Virus record (IMG/VR): IMGVR_UViG_3300032782_000001 | Span: 116,404-180,403 of that record | Source: a virus | Length of the DNA stretch: 64,000 bases | Direction: 5' to 3' (one strand) | In this document: positions 36,348 to 46,874 of the stretch, one piece after another | How positions within the stretch are numbered: position 1 is the first letter of the stretch | How the letters are laid out: the number at the start of each line of letters is the position of its first letter | The notes under the pieces: model-generated | Told to the model about the DNA's origin: nothing | Seen by the model: only the letters and a program-made list of their open reading frames with translations | Database searches by the model: none | Made by a program: the position numbers and the translations under genes

Positions 36348-37550
36348 GTGGAACTACGAACGAAAAATACTCCCGTCCACGGGTTGGACTTAGTTGGTAG
36401 GTATTCCAAAGAAGTTCGTGCGATCCCTCTTTTATCCAGGGACGACGAAGAGAACTATTTCAGAAGAATCGATAGCGCTGAATCTGAATATGTCAAACAC
36501 ATTTTGAGTCATCCGGACGCTAAAAGCCTACTCCGAAATTTAGTAAGGCAATCTTTTTCCAGGGAAGATTCCACGATCATCCCTCTTTTGGAATCTGTCA
36601 TTTCTTCAATGCATCGCAAGAATGCAGTAGAAATGACTGCGATCCTTGTTCCACAATCTCGATTTTCTGATGGCATGAGGAAGTGGCTCGATGACCTACC
36701 TTGCGAAATGAAATCCACTAAATCTGTTCGGACTTCCACAATCTGGATGAAGAAACTATCAAAATTGTGGATGAACCGAATTGATATCAAATCACAATTT
36801 GTCCAAGCAAATCTTCGCCTAGTGATGATGATCGCTCACAAATATGCGAGGACAGCCAATTCACTGAGTTTCCTTGATTTAGTTCAAGATGGTAATATTG
36901 GCCTAATGAGGGCCGTCGACAAATTCGACTTGGTCCGAGGGAACCGATTTTCTACTTATGCAGTTTGGTGGATCCGCCACAGTATTAAACGATCTTTGCA
37001 AGATTGCGACAAAACTGTTCGAATTCCCGTTCATATTTCAGATAGAATGTCTCAAATGGCGAAAGTAGAACAATCATTTTATACTCAGTTCGGTAGCAGA
37101 CCGGACAATAGAATTATCGCCCATGAATTAACTGTTCCTGTCGGCAAAATCAAGGCGATGGAATCCGTCCGTCGTATTTCAGTTACTTCTATTGACGCAC
37201 CCGTGAATTTCATGGAAGATGGGTACGTTCTTTCGGAGGTCATCCAAGACAAGGAAACACCTTCACCACTGGAAGAACTCACGAAGGTGCGCATGTCTGG
37301 TGATGTAGATCAGGCGCTAAAAAGGTTGACCGAGCGGGAAGCTCTCGTTTTAAGGATGAGGTTCGGGTTCGGATTCCAGGAGCATACTCTCCAAGAAATC
37401 GCCACCAAGTGGGGGCTCTCTAGAGAGAGAATTCGACAAATTGAAGCTGAAGCACTTTCCCATTTGCGTGGGAATCAGCTATTGAAAGATTATACTGAAG
37501 GAACGCCCAAACGGTTCAAAAAGCGCTCCATTGTATCGTGTCGTCCGTGA
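36348..37550 (+). CDS. RNA polymerase sigma factor, sigma-70 (RpoD-like) family
   Basis: Region 2 DLVQDGNIGLMRAVDKFD...YAVWWIRHSI, region 3, and region 4 LTEREALVLRMRFGF...TLQEIATKWGLSRERIRQIEAEAL. Confidence 0.85.
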   Translation: MELRTKNTPVHGLDLVGRYSKEVRAIPLLSRDDEENYFRRIDSAESEYVKHILSHPDAKSLLRNLVRQSFSREDSTIIPLLESVISSMHRKNAVEMTAILVPQSRFSDGMRKWLDDLPCEMKSTKSVRTSTIWMKKLSKLWMNRIDIKSQFVQANLRLVMMIAHKYARTANSLSFLDLVQDGNIGLMRAVDKFDLVRGNRFSTYAVWWIRHSIKRSLQDCDKTVRIPVHISDRMSQMAKVEQSFYTQFGSRPDNRIIAHELTVPVGKIKAMESVRRISVTSIDAPVNFMEDGYVLSEVIQDKETPSPLEELTKVRMSGDVDQALKRLTEREALVLRMRFGFGFQEHTLQEIATKWGLSRERIRQIEAEALSHLRGNQLLKDYTEGTPKRFKKRSIVSCRP

Positions 37551-38116
37551 AGGATGTAAGAGTATATTTTGTAGGAGCCCATGCCACTGGGAAAACTACT
37601 TTAGCTCGATATGTCTCTCGAAGATTTGGACTCCCATTGTTGACGGAAGTAGCAAGATCGGTTCTTGCTGAACGAGAACTGACGATTCAGTCACTCAGGT
37701 CAGATCTTGAAGTGGTTGATGCTTACCAGTCCGCAGTATTCCAACGGCAAGTCGCTGAGGAATCAAAACATCAGACATTCGTTTCGGACAGGAGCTTTGA
37801 TAATTTAGCCTATGCTGCACAACACGCGAGGATTCTGCATGGACTGATCGATTCGGCAGGCTTGGAATGCTACGTCCAATCTCTCCAAAAAGAAGAGACC
37901 ATTATCTTCTTTGTTCGGCCGTCTCAAATTACTCTCAAAGATGATGGTGTCAGAGAATCAGTAGCCTGGGACGATGTTATTGCCATCGATGCATGTGTAA
38001 AATTCATGCTTGAAATGTGGGGGCTTCGTTATTTCACGCTTTCCATGTCGTCTTTGCAAGAAAGAGCTCGATTGGTGGATGCTGTCTTAGGGATGACTGG
38101 GCTTTCTCCACTGTAA
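37538..38116 (+). CDS. P-loop NTPase, NadR-type ribosylnicotinamide kinase-like (AAA_28)
   Basis: Walker A GAHATGKTTLARYV and overall similarity to NadR kinase domain. Confidence 0.55.
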   Translation: MSSVKDVRVYFVGAHATGKTTLARYVSRRFGLPLLTEVARSVLAERELTIQSLRSDLEVVDAYQSAVFQRQVAEESKHQTFVSDRSFDNLAYAAQHARILHGLIDSAGLECYVQSLQKEETIIFFVRPSQITLKDDGVRESVAWDDVIAIDACVKFMLEMWGLRYFTLSMSSLQERARLVDAVLGMTGLSPL

Positions 38117-38135
38117 TTCTTCTCTGGAGGCTCAC

Positions 38136-39428
38136 ATGTCCAACGAAAGTCAAAATCGGGTAGTTCATATCATTGGAGGCGGTACGACCGCTCATGTGAG
38201 GCCTCATTTAGGAATTTCAGCTAATGCATATGGAGGAACGGCGCGCAGATTGGCTTCAATGTGTAAGGAACGATGGGGGAATGGAATTGACATCCAACTT
38301 CATCTGACGAAGATGGCATCTGCTGGAGCGAGTTCACTCGAAACGAATCACGACGTTCACAATCTCCTCAAAAATCTAGTATCAGACCCGACCACTAAAG
38401 TCATTTTCATGCCAGTGGCCCTGTGTGATTACACAGGGAGCGTGATGAGCAACGGTATTGCGACCAATAGTGGTACGACACAACCGCGTCTGAAGAGTCG
38501 AGATGGACAACAGCTCATGCTGCTCGTACCTGCTGATAAGCTCATCGGAGGAATCCGTAAATATCGGAAGGATATTTTCCTCGTTGGATTCAAAACGACG
38601 ACTTCAGCATCAGAAGATGAGCAATACTTCGCAGGTCTAGACCTGGTTAAAAGGTCCTCATGCAATTTGGTCCTGGCCAATGATCTACACACAGGACTGA
38701 ATATGACGGTCACCCCCGAACAGTCTCGATATCATGTGACCAAGGATCGGAATGAAGCGCTCCGAGGCCTCGTTGATATGGCTTATCTCCGATCCAAACT
38801 TCATTTCACAAGGTCCACCGTAGTGAACGGAGAACTTGTGAAATGGGACTCTCCCGAGATCCCTAATTCCCTAAAGATTGTTGTTGAACACTGTATCAGC
38901 AGGGGTGCTTACAAACCGTTCCTTGGTTCCACCAACGGACATTTTGCGGCAAAATTATCAGATGGAATGATTGCCACTAGTGTCCGGAAAACTGATTTCA
39001 ACAATATTCGAACTGCAGGCTTGGTGAGAGTAGAACCTGTTGGAGAAGATAAGATCATAGCATATGGTGGGAAACCGTCAGTAGGCGGACAAAGTCAGAG
39101 ATACGTTTTTGCTCAGGTGCCAGAAGCCGATTGCATTGTTCATTTCCACTGCCCAGTCAAGACTGGGTCACGTGTTCCAATTCGGTCCCAGAGGGAGTTT
39201 GAATGTGGCTCCCATGAATGTGGGCAAAACACGAGTTCTGGACTCCAAAAGTTTGGAAACCTTTGGGCTGTCATGTTAGATCAACATGGACCCAATTTGG
39301 CTTTCCACAGCTCAATTGACCCTCAAGAAGTAATCCAATTCATTGAAGCGAATTTTGATTTGCTCGGTAGAACTGATGGGGTGATTGCCGAAGTGAACAT
39401 TCCGGAAATGGAGTATCCGATGATGTAA
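38136..39428 (+). CDS. hypothetical protein with N-terminal DFP/CoaB-like Rossmann motif
   Basis: VVHIIGGGTTAHVRPHLGISANAYGGTARRLA resembles CoaB core; 430 aa. Confidence 0.5.
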   Translation: MSNESQNRVVHIIGGGTTAHVRPHLGISANAYGGTARRLASMCKERWGNGIDIQLHLTKMASAGASSLETNHDVHNLLKNLVSDPTTKVIFMPVALCDYTGSVMSNGIATNSGTTQPRLKSRDGQQLMLLVPADKLIGGIRKYRKDIFLVGFKTTTSASEDEQYFAGLDLVKRSSCNLVLANDLHTGLNMTVTPEQSRYHVTKDRNEALRGLVDMAYLRSKLHFTRSTVVNGELVKWDSPEIPNSLKIVVEHCISRGAYKPFLGSTNGHFAAKLSDGMIATSVRKTDFNNIRTAGLVRVEPVGEDKIIAYGGKPSVGGQSQRYVFAQVPEADCIVHFHCPVKTGSRVPIRSQREFECGSHECGQNTSSGLQKFGNLWAVMLDQHGPNLAFHSSIDPQEVIQFIEANFDLLGRTDGVIAEVNIPEMEYPMM

Positions 39429-39461
39429 AACACTGGGCCCTTTCTAGGACGGCATACTAAA

Positions 39462-39797
39462 GTGTCTGATCAAAACGAAAAGAAACCCGGTCGGGATTAC
39501 GTCATACTCGGACCCAAAGACGAAAACGGAAATCCCGTTTGTATTCGTCATAAACCGGATCATACTATCCAAGTGGGAACCATCATCCCCACTCGTGATG
39601 GTGTTCCGATTCATCCAGGATCCGAAATTGTAAAGCTGACATCCGATGGTGGGCCTTGCATGGATGTCGAAGTCCTGTACGACGGAAGTTCAGAGTCCAC
39701 CGGGACAACCAAAGGACCGGCAAAGGTTACGACGCAAGCTTATAGAGAGTCATGGGACAGGATTTTTGGTTCAAAACCTGTGATTGGTAGTGCCTGA
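39462..39797 (+). CDS. hypothetical protein
   Basis: 111-aa ORF, GTG start. Confidence 0.45.
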   Translation: MSDQNEKKPGRDYVILGPKDENGNPVCIRHKPDHTIQVGTIIPTRDGVPIHPGSEIVKLTSDGGPCMDVEVLYDGSSESTGTTKGPAKVTTQAYRESWDRIFGSKPVIGSA

Positions 39798-39817
39798 GGT
39801 GTAGAGTTTCCATCGCC

Positions 39818-40144
39818 ATGGTGGAAGACTCCAAATTAGAATGTCGGGACCTCAAGTTGGACTGCCAAGAAGAACTGGAAGAGATTTCCAAGAAATATCC
39901 GCGGGGGATCTACGTTCATCACAAAGGCGGATTGTACTGCCTTTATTCGATGACAGTTCACGAATCTCTTTTATTGCCATTATTCCATTATTATAGTCTT
40001 CAAAAGAAAGTCCGCTGGACTCGAGATTTTGTTGCTTGGACTTCCATAGTCCAACGTGACGATCAAGAAATCCCGAGATTTAAGTTCTTGCGCGACGCGA
40101 CACGCCAAGAACTGCTGGAAGCTTGTGGACTGGAATTGCCATGA
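39818..40144 (+). CDS. hypothetical protein
   Basis: 108-aa ORF. Confidence 0.5.
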   Translation: MVEDSKLECRDLKLDCQEELEEISKKYPRGIYVHHKGGLYCLYSMTVHESLLLPLFHYYSLQKKVRWTRDFVAWTSIVQRDDQEIPRFKFLRDATRQELLEACGLELP

Positions 40145-40707
40145 AAAATTCTGCAGAACAAATTTCTCTATTTCCGAAACGTCCATACAATCAACCGGGA
40201 GATCCGGCGTCATATTCAGAAAAGCCCGTGCCTTTGTCTGAAGCAGATGTCTTTTGGATGAAAGACATGAACAAACGGATTTGGAAGCCATGCGCTCCAG
40301 ATAGATTTGGTCATGTCATATATACCGATGACGGTAGTATTTCTGTGGAAGAACAAGATAAGATATTCCGACTTATCCGAGAATGCAAATTGATGACCAC
40401 AATGGGTTGTGGTATGTTTGGACTTTCGGGATATTCCATGGGGGTGTGGAACCATCCTGAATTCCCTGGTTTAGGACCAGAACACCTCATGACCTTAACA
40501 GATGGTCATCTTCCGGCGCCGTCTAAAGAAGTAATGTCCCGGTTCAATAAGGGAGAGGAACGCCAGGCGGTATGCGAAAATGCCTGGATCCTATTTTCTC
40601 AGTTCACCCATTCTCCAACTAATTTAAAACTAATTGAGCTCTACAAGAGCGAATCGCGCGGAAGTAAAATTGAACCTCCACAAGCCCGTTCTTATTACGA
40701 TTATTAG
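40123..40707 (+). CDS. hypothetical protein
   Basis: 194-aa ORF. Confidence 0.55.
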   Translation: MWTGIAMKNSAEQISLFPKRPYNQPGDPASYSEKPVPLSEADVFWMKDMNKRIWKPCAPDRFGHVIYTDDGSISVEEQDKIFRLIRECKLMTTMGCGMFGLSGYSMGVWNHPEFPGLGPEHLMTLTDGHLPAPSKEVMSRFNKGEERQAVCENAWILFSQFTHSPTNLKLIELYKSESRGSKIEPPQARSYYDY

Positions 40708-40710
40708 TTG

Positions 40711-40884
40711 ATGCTAAAAATGGCTGTGGCATTTCTGATTGGAACGTTTACAGGAGCTTTCATTTGGGAACATGCCCGAAGAATGTTCCAGTTCCCACAG
40801 ACCCCTCCGAAACCGAATGGGAAACTGGATTCCGAGTGGAGGAGTGATCATCCGAAGCCCAAAAACTGGCGCGATGTGAACTAA
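40711..40884 (+). CDS. 57-aa small membrane protein (below track cutoff)
   Basis: MLKMAVAFLIGTFTGAFIW TM helix. Confidence 0.3.
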   Translation: MLKMAVAFLIGTFTGAFIWEHARRMFQFPQTPPKPNGKLDSEWRSDHPKPKNWRDVN

Positions 40885-40914
40885 ATTGACATAAATCCAA
40901 TGTATTCATGAACG

Positions 40915-41235
40915 ATGGACAAAGACCAATCTTCAGGCATCCCCGATGTAGTCGTTACTGTTGACGGATTTACCGTATCCTACTCCTTCGACGTTTATCA
41001 AGGAGGATTGAAATCATCTAATTTCGTGTCAATGAATTTCAAAACTTCTCGACCTGTTACTCCGGAAGAAGCTGTTATTTTGGAAGTAACTCACAGTTCC
41101 ATTGTCACAGATGCAGCAGTTTATGACGCACTGGCGCGAGGTGCCATTGACACAGAGACGGCGAATGACCTGATTCGGCAGTCTCGAGAACGCCATACCA
41201 AAATCGCTCAAAAGCTTACCGATAAGCTTAAGTGA
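40915..41235 (+). CDS. hypothetical protein
   Basis: 106-aa ORF. Confidence 0.5.
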   Translation: MDKDQSSGIPDVVVTVDGFTVSYSFDVYQGGLKSSNFVSMNFKTSRPVTPEEAVILEVTHSSIVTDAAVYDALARGAIDTETANDLIRQSRERHTKIAQKLTDKLK

Positions 41236-41257
41236 CTGGTTGCTGTACGGTCGCTGA

Positions 41258-42055
41258 ATGCAGCAAGAGGCGCCTCTCACCAAAGAGAAACTCGATGCGA
41301 TCTTAGACGAAATCGCAGAGTTCCGCGTCGACTTAGCTGAAGATCCGACACTTCCAGAACTCGGTACAAAGTACCTCCAGAGCAGCTTGGCTAAATGTCG
41401 AGCGTTCTTGAACAGGACTCATTATTATCTTCAATTAACCAAGAGATACGAAAAGGATCTCAAATCCAACCTCAAACTCTTGGAACTCAATGTAGATCTC
41501 AAATTTAATGGTCTTTTAGCTGACGATGCCACTGTTCGTCAACAACCTTCCATTGATGACAGGAAAGCTCTTGCTATTTCAATGATGAACAGTGAATATG
41601 AAGAAATTGCCAAGCTCCGCGCATCTCTAATGGATGCGGAAGAGACCGTGAAACTCGTAAAGGCTAAATACGATGATCTAAACAGGACTAATTCTGATAT
41701 CAAGCTTCAACGTCATCTTGTGAAAGATGATAAGATGGATCAAATGACGGGAGGGGAGGGATACGAAAAGCCTCAAGCCCGTCAAGATAGAGTGGTAACG
41801 GGCGGCCTAGCTCCGCCGGTGAAAGCAGAGCCAATTGACCCGAAAGACCTTCTGGACCCTAATCGGCGGCCAGAAGATATGCCAGAACCAGTTGACATGG
41901 CTCATGCACAGCAAATTGCTGATTTCTTTTCGGGTCGATCTACCGGGAACGGAATTCAGGTTCACCAAGGTCCAGAATCACCCAAGTCAACTGAAGAGGA
42001 ATCCGTCGATGAAGCGCCTCTTCAAGCTATATCCTACGATGACCTCCTCAGTTGA
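41258..42055 (+). CDS. coiled-coil protein (possible scaffold-like)
   Basis: 265 aa, long helical heptad-like region, acidic C-terminus. Confidence 0.5.
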   Translation: MQQEAPLTKEKLDAILDEIAEFRVDLAEDPTLPELGTKYLQSSLAKCRAFLNRTHYYLQLTKRYEKDLKSNLKLLELNVDLKFNGLLADDATVRQQPSIDDRKALAISMMNSEYEEIAKLRASLMDAEETVKLVKAKYDDLNRTNSDIKLQRHLVKDDKMDQMTGGEGYEKPQARQDRVVTGGLAPPVKAEPIDPKDLLDPNRRPEDMPEPVDMAHAQQIADFFSGRSTGNGIQVHQGPESPKSTEEESVDEAPLQAISYDDLLS

Positions 42056-42151
42056 GGATTGAACTTTCAATGTAGGATCCTATTGCTAGACCGGGTGAGC
42101 CCCGGTCACCTTCAAGCGTATTCGCGTTCAAAGGAAGAGGAGAGGAGAGAC

Positions 42152-43027
42152 ATGAGCATCATGGAATTCGGGTTCGACGACTCCAAGGTTGTCAAGGCCC
42201 AAGGGATGGAGCAGTTCAAGCTGAGCAAGCCTGGTGAGAAGGCTCGCATCACGATCATCAGCTTCAAGCGCTTCCACGACGTGATCCTCGCCAACAAGGC
42301 GAAGGAGAAGGGTTCGGCCCTCACGGATGATGAGAAGGCCGATATCATCAAGCGCGTCGATTTGAAGCTATCGGAGAAGCTCAAGAAGAAGCCCGAAGAG
42401 ATGACCGAGGTCGATCGTCTCGATATCTGCAATCCCAAGTTCTCTGTAGCATTTACTCACTACGGAGATGGCATCGGAACCATTCGTTGCCTCAGCAAGT
42501 ACGAAGGCTCGACTTGCGTGAAGCCCGAACTTTGCTGTGACAAGCTCGGTGAGGCCGACCAAACGGTCGCCACGATTGTCATGCAATACCCGGTCGATGA
42601 CAATCTCGTCATCGACGGTGCGCTCCTCAAGGAGCGCAAGTATACCCATTTCTGGGTTTACAAGATGTCGGCCAAGAACTTCAAGAAGGTCGAGAGCGCG
42701 TACATCGATGCTCGCAGCGATGGCCGCCAGGTCGTCGACATGAAGGTCACCCTCGACGGCGATCCCAAGTTCAAGAAGCACCAGATCGACGCTGGCACGA
42801 ACGCATACTGGGCTCGTGAAGGATTCGACCCGGAGACCCGGGCTTGGATTCTGGATCAGGGTCTCCGTGCATGGAAGCATGTCGAGAACAACCTTGGTTT
42901 CGTGATGAAGCGTGAGACCTTGGTCGAGCGTCTTGGAGGCCAGGAGCAATCGGAGAAGGCACTTTCTGGCGGAGAGGCGTCCGCAGACGCTCCGAAGCTC
43001 GTGTCCTCTTACGAATCGCTCATCTGA
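42152..43027 (+). CDS. hypothetical protein with very strong RBS (possibly abundant/structural)
   Basis: AAGGAAGAGGAGAGGAGAGAC-ATG; track ORF from 42059 includes implausible leader. Confidence 0.55.
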   Translation: MSIMEFGFDDSKVVKAQGMEQFKLSKPGEKARITIISFKRFHDVILANKAKEKGSALTDDEKADIIKRVDLKLSEKLKKKPEEMTEVDRLDICNPKFSVAFTHYGDGIGTIRCLSKYEGSTCVKPELCCDKLGEADQTVATIVMQYPVDDNLVIDGALLKERKYTHFWVYKMSAKNFKKVESAYIDARSDGRQVVDMKVTLDGDPKFKKHQIDAGTNAYWAREGFDPETRAWILDQGLRAWKHVENNLGFVMKRETLVERLGGQEQSEKALSGGEASADAPKLVSSYESLI

Positions 43028-43080
43028 CGTATCTCGTCAGGAGGCGGGACGAGGGAATTACTCCTCGTCCCGCTCAGTTT

Positions 43081-43806
43081 ATGAAAACACTCGGCCTCGA
43101 CCCGAGCTTGCGAGCTTATGGCTGGGCTATATACGACAGTGAAGCCCAGCCACGTAACAGGAGAGTAGCTTCTGGTCATGAGGGGACATTGCCACTTACG
43201 ATCCCCGTCGCCAGATTCATGCACTTCCGATCGATGGTATCAGATTTACTTGAAAAGTATTCTGTGGATGCCGTTGGTTTGGAAAGTCCGGCTTATGGTG
43301 GAGGGCCTTTCGCTGAAAATCACTTCGGTTTAATGATGTTTTCACTCGAATCTATTTTTGAAAAACGGAAAGATTGTGTGCTTTTCGATCCGACTACTTT
43401 GAAATATCTTGTCGGGAAATCCAATGCCGGGAAGATGGACATCCAGAGATTTGTCCAATTGGATACAATGGACCCGGATGTCATCAACAATAATGAAGCG
43501 GATGCTTATTGTGTTGCCAGGGAAGCTGCTCGTTTCATGTTGGTGAAAGACACCAAAATCGATTTATCCCAACTTTCTGATCATGAAAGAATGGTATTCA
43601 TAGAACGCAAACGTAAGGTAAAAAACTCCACCGGAATGCTAAGACTGAAACGAACTGCTCATGCATTCCGTGAGAATAGTAGGTTTTTCAATTTCAGCAA
43701 AGTCCCGGCAGGAGATGTCAAGCTCCCGCAACGTTCAATGGTAAATAAGTCCCTATTACAGTGGCTCACGGACATGGACACTGTAAAAGAAGTGATGGAA
43801 TCATAG
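43081..43806 (+). CDS. RNase H-fold RuvC/YqgF-like putative Holliday-junction resolvase, C-terminal ...KEVMES
   Basis: MKTLGLDPSLRAYGWAIYD N-terminal strand like RuvC ILGIDPGxxxxGyav; acidic residues downstream. Confidence 0.45.
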   Translation: MKTLGLDPSLRAYGWAIYDSEAQPRNRRVASGHEGTLPLTIPVARFMHFRSMVSDLLEKYSVDAVGLESPAYGGGPFAENHFGLMMFSLESIFEKRKDCVLFDPTTLKYLVGKSNAGKMDIQRFVQLDTMDPDVINNNEADAYCVAREAARFMLVKDTKIDLSQLSDHERMVFIERKRKVKNSTGMLRLKRTAHAFRENSRFFNFSKVPAGDVKLPQRSMVNKSLLQWLTDMDTVKEVMES

Positions 43807-43823
43807 AACTGGTTGGAGGAGCG

Positions 43824-45152
43824 ATGGCGAAGGCAGAAGTTGGGAAGTGGCACCCGAAACTGGCGAGATTCCGAACGAATATCGAGAAGAGGACCAACAT
43901 TCGAGACGTATATTCGACGCCTTCCTTCGAAATCCCGTATATCAATTCGGGAAGCACTGTTTTAAACATGCTCATTGGTGGGTCGCGACTTGCGAACACT
44001 GGTAAATTCGTTTGCCCTGGTTGGCCACGGGGAAAAATCGTAGAAATTTTCGGGCGTGAAAGCTCCGGGAAATCAACCATCGCGATGACTGCGATGGCTC
44101 ATGCTATTGCATCCAATGAGGGAACCGGGACCGGTGTTTATATCGATCTCGAATGTGCAGTCCAAGACACGTACGCCGTCAAACTTGGCGTGGATTTCCG
44201 GGACCCATCTCAAGGTGGGTCTGGTCAGGCCATCCGACTCCAGCCTCAAAATGCTGAGGATACAGAAACCATTGTTGGGGCTGCGGTCCATCAGGGTGTA
44301 GACCTGATCGTCATCGATTCTGTGGCTGCACTTATTCCCAGGAGGGAACAGAAGCGCGATGCCTCGAACGAAGAAGAGAAAAAGGGAGTAGCAGAAGTCC
44401 CGAGGTTCATGAGCGCTTGGCTTCCTAAGCTGACTGCCATGATCGCCAAGACCAAGACATGCGTCATCTTTCTCAACCAAACGCGGGATAAGATCGGAGC
44501 CAAAGGCTTCTCGGAAGAAGCTCTCAAAAGCACTACGGGTGGAAATGCACTGAAATTCTACTCGTCTGTTCGCATGCTTTTGAAGCCTCGAATGTCTACG
44601 AAGGCCAAGGTATGGAACCCGATCATTAAAAAATTTGAAGATGTCCAAATTTCTGAGGACATCGAAGTAAAAATGATTAAAGATAAGCTGGATGCTAAGA
44701 AAGGCCACTCAGGTCTCATTACCATTCGGTACGGCGTCGGTATCGATGAACTCCGCACCATGCTGAATGTGGCGGAAGCATATGATATTGTCACCAAGAA
44801 GAAAAACGCAAAGAAGCAAGACGTGTTTAGCTTCAAATCTCCGAGTACCGGTCACATTGTGGAAGCAACGGGACTGGAAAAGTTTCGTCTTGCCATCAGC
44901 CGCCAAGAAGGTGGAGTTCTTCTGCAAGAGATGCTGAGTCTCGCGACAGACCGCATCATGCAAGGGTTCAAGATGTTGGACGACGAAGAATTGGCTGCGC
45001 TGGCAGATGATGCAGTCACGAAGCGTGAAGATGACGATGATGACTATGAAGCCGGTGAACCGCCGGAGATGGTCTACGAAGACGGCACCGACGAAGAAGA
45101 TTCTTCGGGAGACGAATCCGAACCATCAGCCGTCACTACCATTGACGTCTGA
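43824..45152 (+). CDS. RecA/UvsX-like recombinase
   Basis: Walker A GKIVEIFGRESSGKSTIAMTA, RecA-like core, acidic C-terminal tail; SD GGAGGAG before ATG 43824. Confidence 0.85.
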   Translation: MAKAEVGKWHPKLARFRTNIEKRTNIRDVYSTPSFEIPYINSGSTVLNMLIGGSRLANTGKFVCPGWPRGKIVEIFGRESSGKSTIAMTAMAHAIASNEGTGTGVYIDLECAVQDTYAVKLGVDFRDPSQGGSGQAIRLQPQNAEDTETIVGAAVHQGVDLIVIDSVAALIPRREQKRDASNEEEKKGVAEVPRFMSAWLPKLTAMIAKTKTCVIFLNQTRDKIGAKGFSEEALKSTTGGNALKFYSSVRMLLKPRMSTKAKVWNPIIKKFEDVQISEDIEVKMIKDKLDAKKGHSGLITIRYGVGIDELRTMLNVAEAYDIVTKKKNAKKQDVFSFKSPSTGHIVEATGLEKFRLAISRQEGGVLLQEMLSLATDRIMQGFKMLDDEELAALADDAVTKREDDDDDYEAGEPPEMVYEDGTDEEDSSGDESEPSAVTTIDV

Positions 45153-45190
45153 CCGATATTAGTCGAATACGACTGGTGTAGTCTTCCACA

Positions 45191-46516
45191 ATGCGCAAAG
45201 ACGGATCCGATTCTTTGAGTCCCGTTGTTGTACGGATTAGCTCATTCCAATCCGTCGAGGACGTTGAACTCGAAATTCGCGGATTTACCTGTATCACAGG
45301 TAAATCCAACATTGGGAAAAGTGCTATTGTTCGGGCCATCGCAGGAGCATTGCAAAATGCTCCTGTGGTTGGTGATGTCCGCAAAGGCGCCAAATTTTGT
45401 TCTGTCACGATTAAATCTGAAAACTGGGGTTTCAGATGGGAGAAAGGTGAAAAAGGCGGCGGAACTTATTATTTCGATGGGAATAATAAAATCTTCGACA
45501 AGATTGGCCAGGGACAAATTGAAGAAATCGTAAAGCTCGGGTTCGGAACAGTCAAAGTCGGAGATGATACCATCGAACCTTGGCTTGCCCCGCAATGGGA
45601 ACCCATCTTTTTATTGAATCGGTCTGGTCCGGCGGTTACTGATTTCATTTCCGGAGTATCTAGACTTCATGTCTTGCAAGATGCAATCGTATTGAGTTTA
45701 CGTGGGAAGAAAAAATTTCTAGACGAGGTCAAGACTCGAACAGAAGTCACAGAGAAACTACGAGTCAAAGAAGCCGCTGTTGCCGGATTGGATGCGATGA
45801 TCCGCGTCGCTCGAGAATTGGAAGGACAGGCCCAATCTATTGATGAGTATGAAGCTAGGAAAAATCTAGCTGAAAATTTATTTCGGAAGATGAACCAAGC
45901 TCGAGCGGGGATTTCTCTCTTATCTCCTATTGAAGACGCTATTATTCCTGAACCGCCGGCTGCTCAGGTTATGAAACGTCTTAAATCGTGTTATTCTCAT
46001 TGGAAAAAATGTGACGGAGCTGCCAAGTCCATTCTTCAAATTCGAGCAATCTCCGGAGTGCAAATCCCGGAGGCTCCTCATGCAGAAATGGCGAGACTTA
46101 AATCGGCAGTAAAACACACAGTCATTTTTAAACTGAAACAAACTGTGGAAACCATTCAAGACATCGGGAATGTGAATATCCCCCATTCTGATGTGAACGT
46201 AGATATTGATCGGATGAAGAAAGCCTCTTCACATTTGAAGAAAATTCATACTGCAGCAATGGAAGTACAGAGACTTTCGGCAGTTATCCCAAACGTCCAA
46301 CCGCCACCTGATTTGAAAAAACTGGTGGCGGCTAAAAGACATTGGTTGTCCATTTCTGCTATCTCTCAAGAGATAGCAGAAATGGAAAAGAATTTAATCG
46401 GAGTGTCTACTGAACTTGCAAAAGTTCAGGATGAACTTTCATCCATCCCGAGTTGTTCTGCATGTGGTCGTCCGATTGCCAACCGCCATTCACACGAAAA
46501 CATCAAGACGGCGTAG
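45191..46516 (+). CDS. Rad50/SbcC/SMC-like ATPase head fragment with coiled coil and CxxC zinc hook
   Basis: ISSFQSVEDVELEIRGFTCITGKSNIGKSAIVRAI N-terminal P-loop; coiled coil; C-terminal SCSACGRP. Confidence 0.55.
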   Translation: MRKDGSDSLSPVVVRISSFQSVEDVELEIRGFTCITGKSNIGKSAIVRAIAGALQNAPVVGDVRKGAKFCSVTIKSENWGFRWEKGEKGGGTYYFDGNNKIFDKIGQGQIEEIVKLGFGTVKVGDDTIEPWLAPQWEPIFLLNRSGPAVTDFISGVSRLHVLQDAIVLSLRGKKKFLDEVKTRTEVTEKLRVKEAAVAGLDAMIRVARELEGQAQSIDEYEARKNLAENLFRKMNQARAGISLLSPIEDAIIPEPPAAQVMKRLKSCYSHWKKCDGAAKSILQIRAISGVQIPEAPHAEMARLKSAVKHTVIFKLKQTVETIQDIGNVNIPHSDVNVDIDRMKKASSHLKKIHTAAMEVQRLSAVIPNVQPPPDLKKLVAAKRHWLSISAISQEIAEMEKNLIGVSTELAKVQDELSSIPSCSACGRPIANRHSHENIKTA

Positions 46517-46874
46517 TAGGCGGATTCGCAGCCTGAGTGGAGTCAGCAGGGGGAACAGGGGGAGGGTTGGAACCAGCTTCCTTCTTTGCTTTCATAGCGT
46601 CTGAAGGCTGCCGGTATGTCTGATGGAGTCCAACCGTTCCAGCACCCGAGAGTAGACCCATGAGCGCCGTCATGGCTGCATCCTGCCAAGTCCCACCGTT
46701 GATGACTGCCATTGCGATGCCGCTGACCAATCCCGTAAGTGTCAACACTGGCGGAATGATCCAATTGGGGATCTTGGAAGTATTGCTGATGATCTTGCCG
46801 ATCACGTAGCAAACACCCATGACTACGAATGGGAAAAACTTATGGAAATCTTCAGGAGTCATATTACCTCTCAA
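46503..46874 (-). CDS. holin-like small membrane protein
   Basis: Two or three TM helices, charged Pro-rich C-terminus. Confidence 0.45.
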   Translation of the reverse strand: MRGNMTPEDFHKFFPFVVMGVCYVIGKIISNTSKIPNWIIPPVLTLTGLVSGIAMAVINGGTWQDAAMTALMGLLSGAGTVGLHQTYRQPSDAMKAKKEAGSNPPPVPPADSTQAANPPTTPS

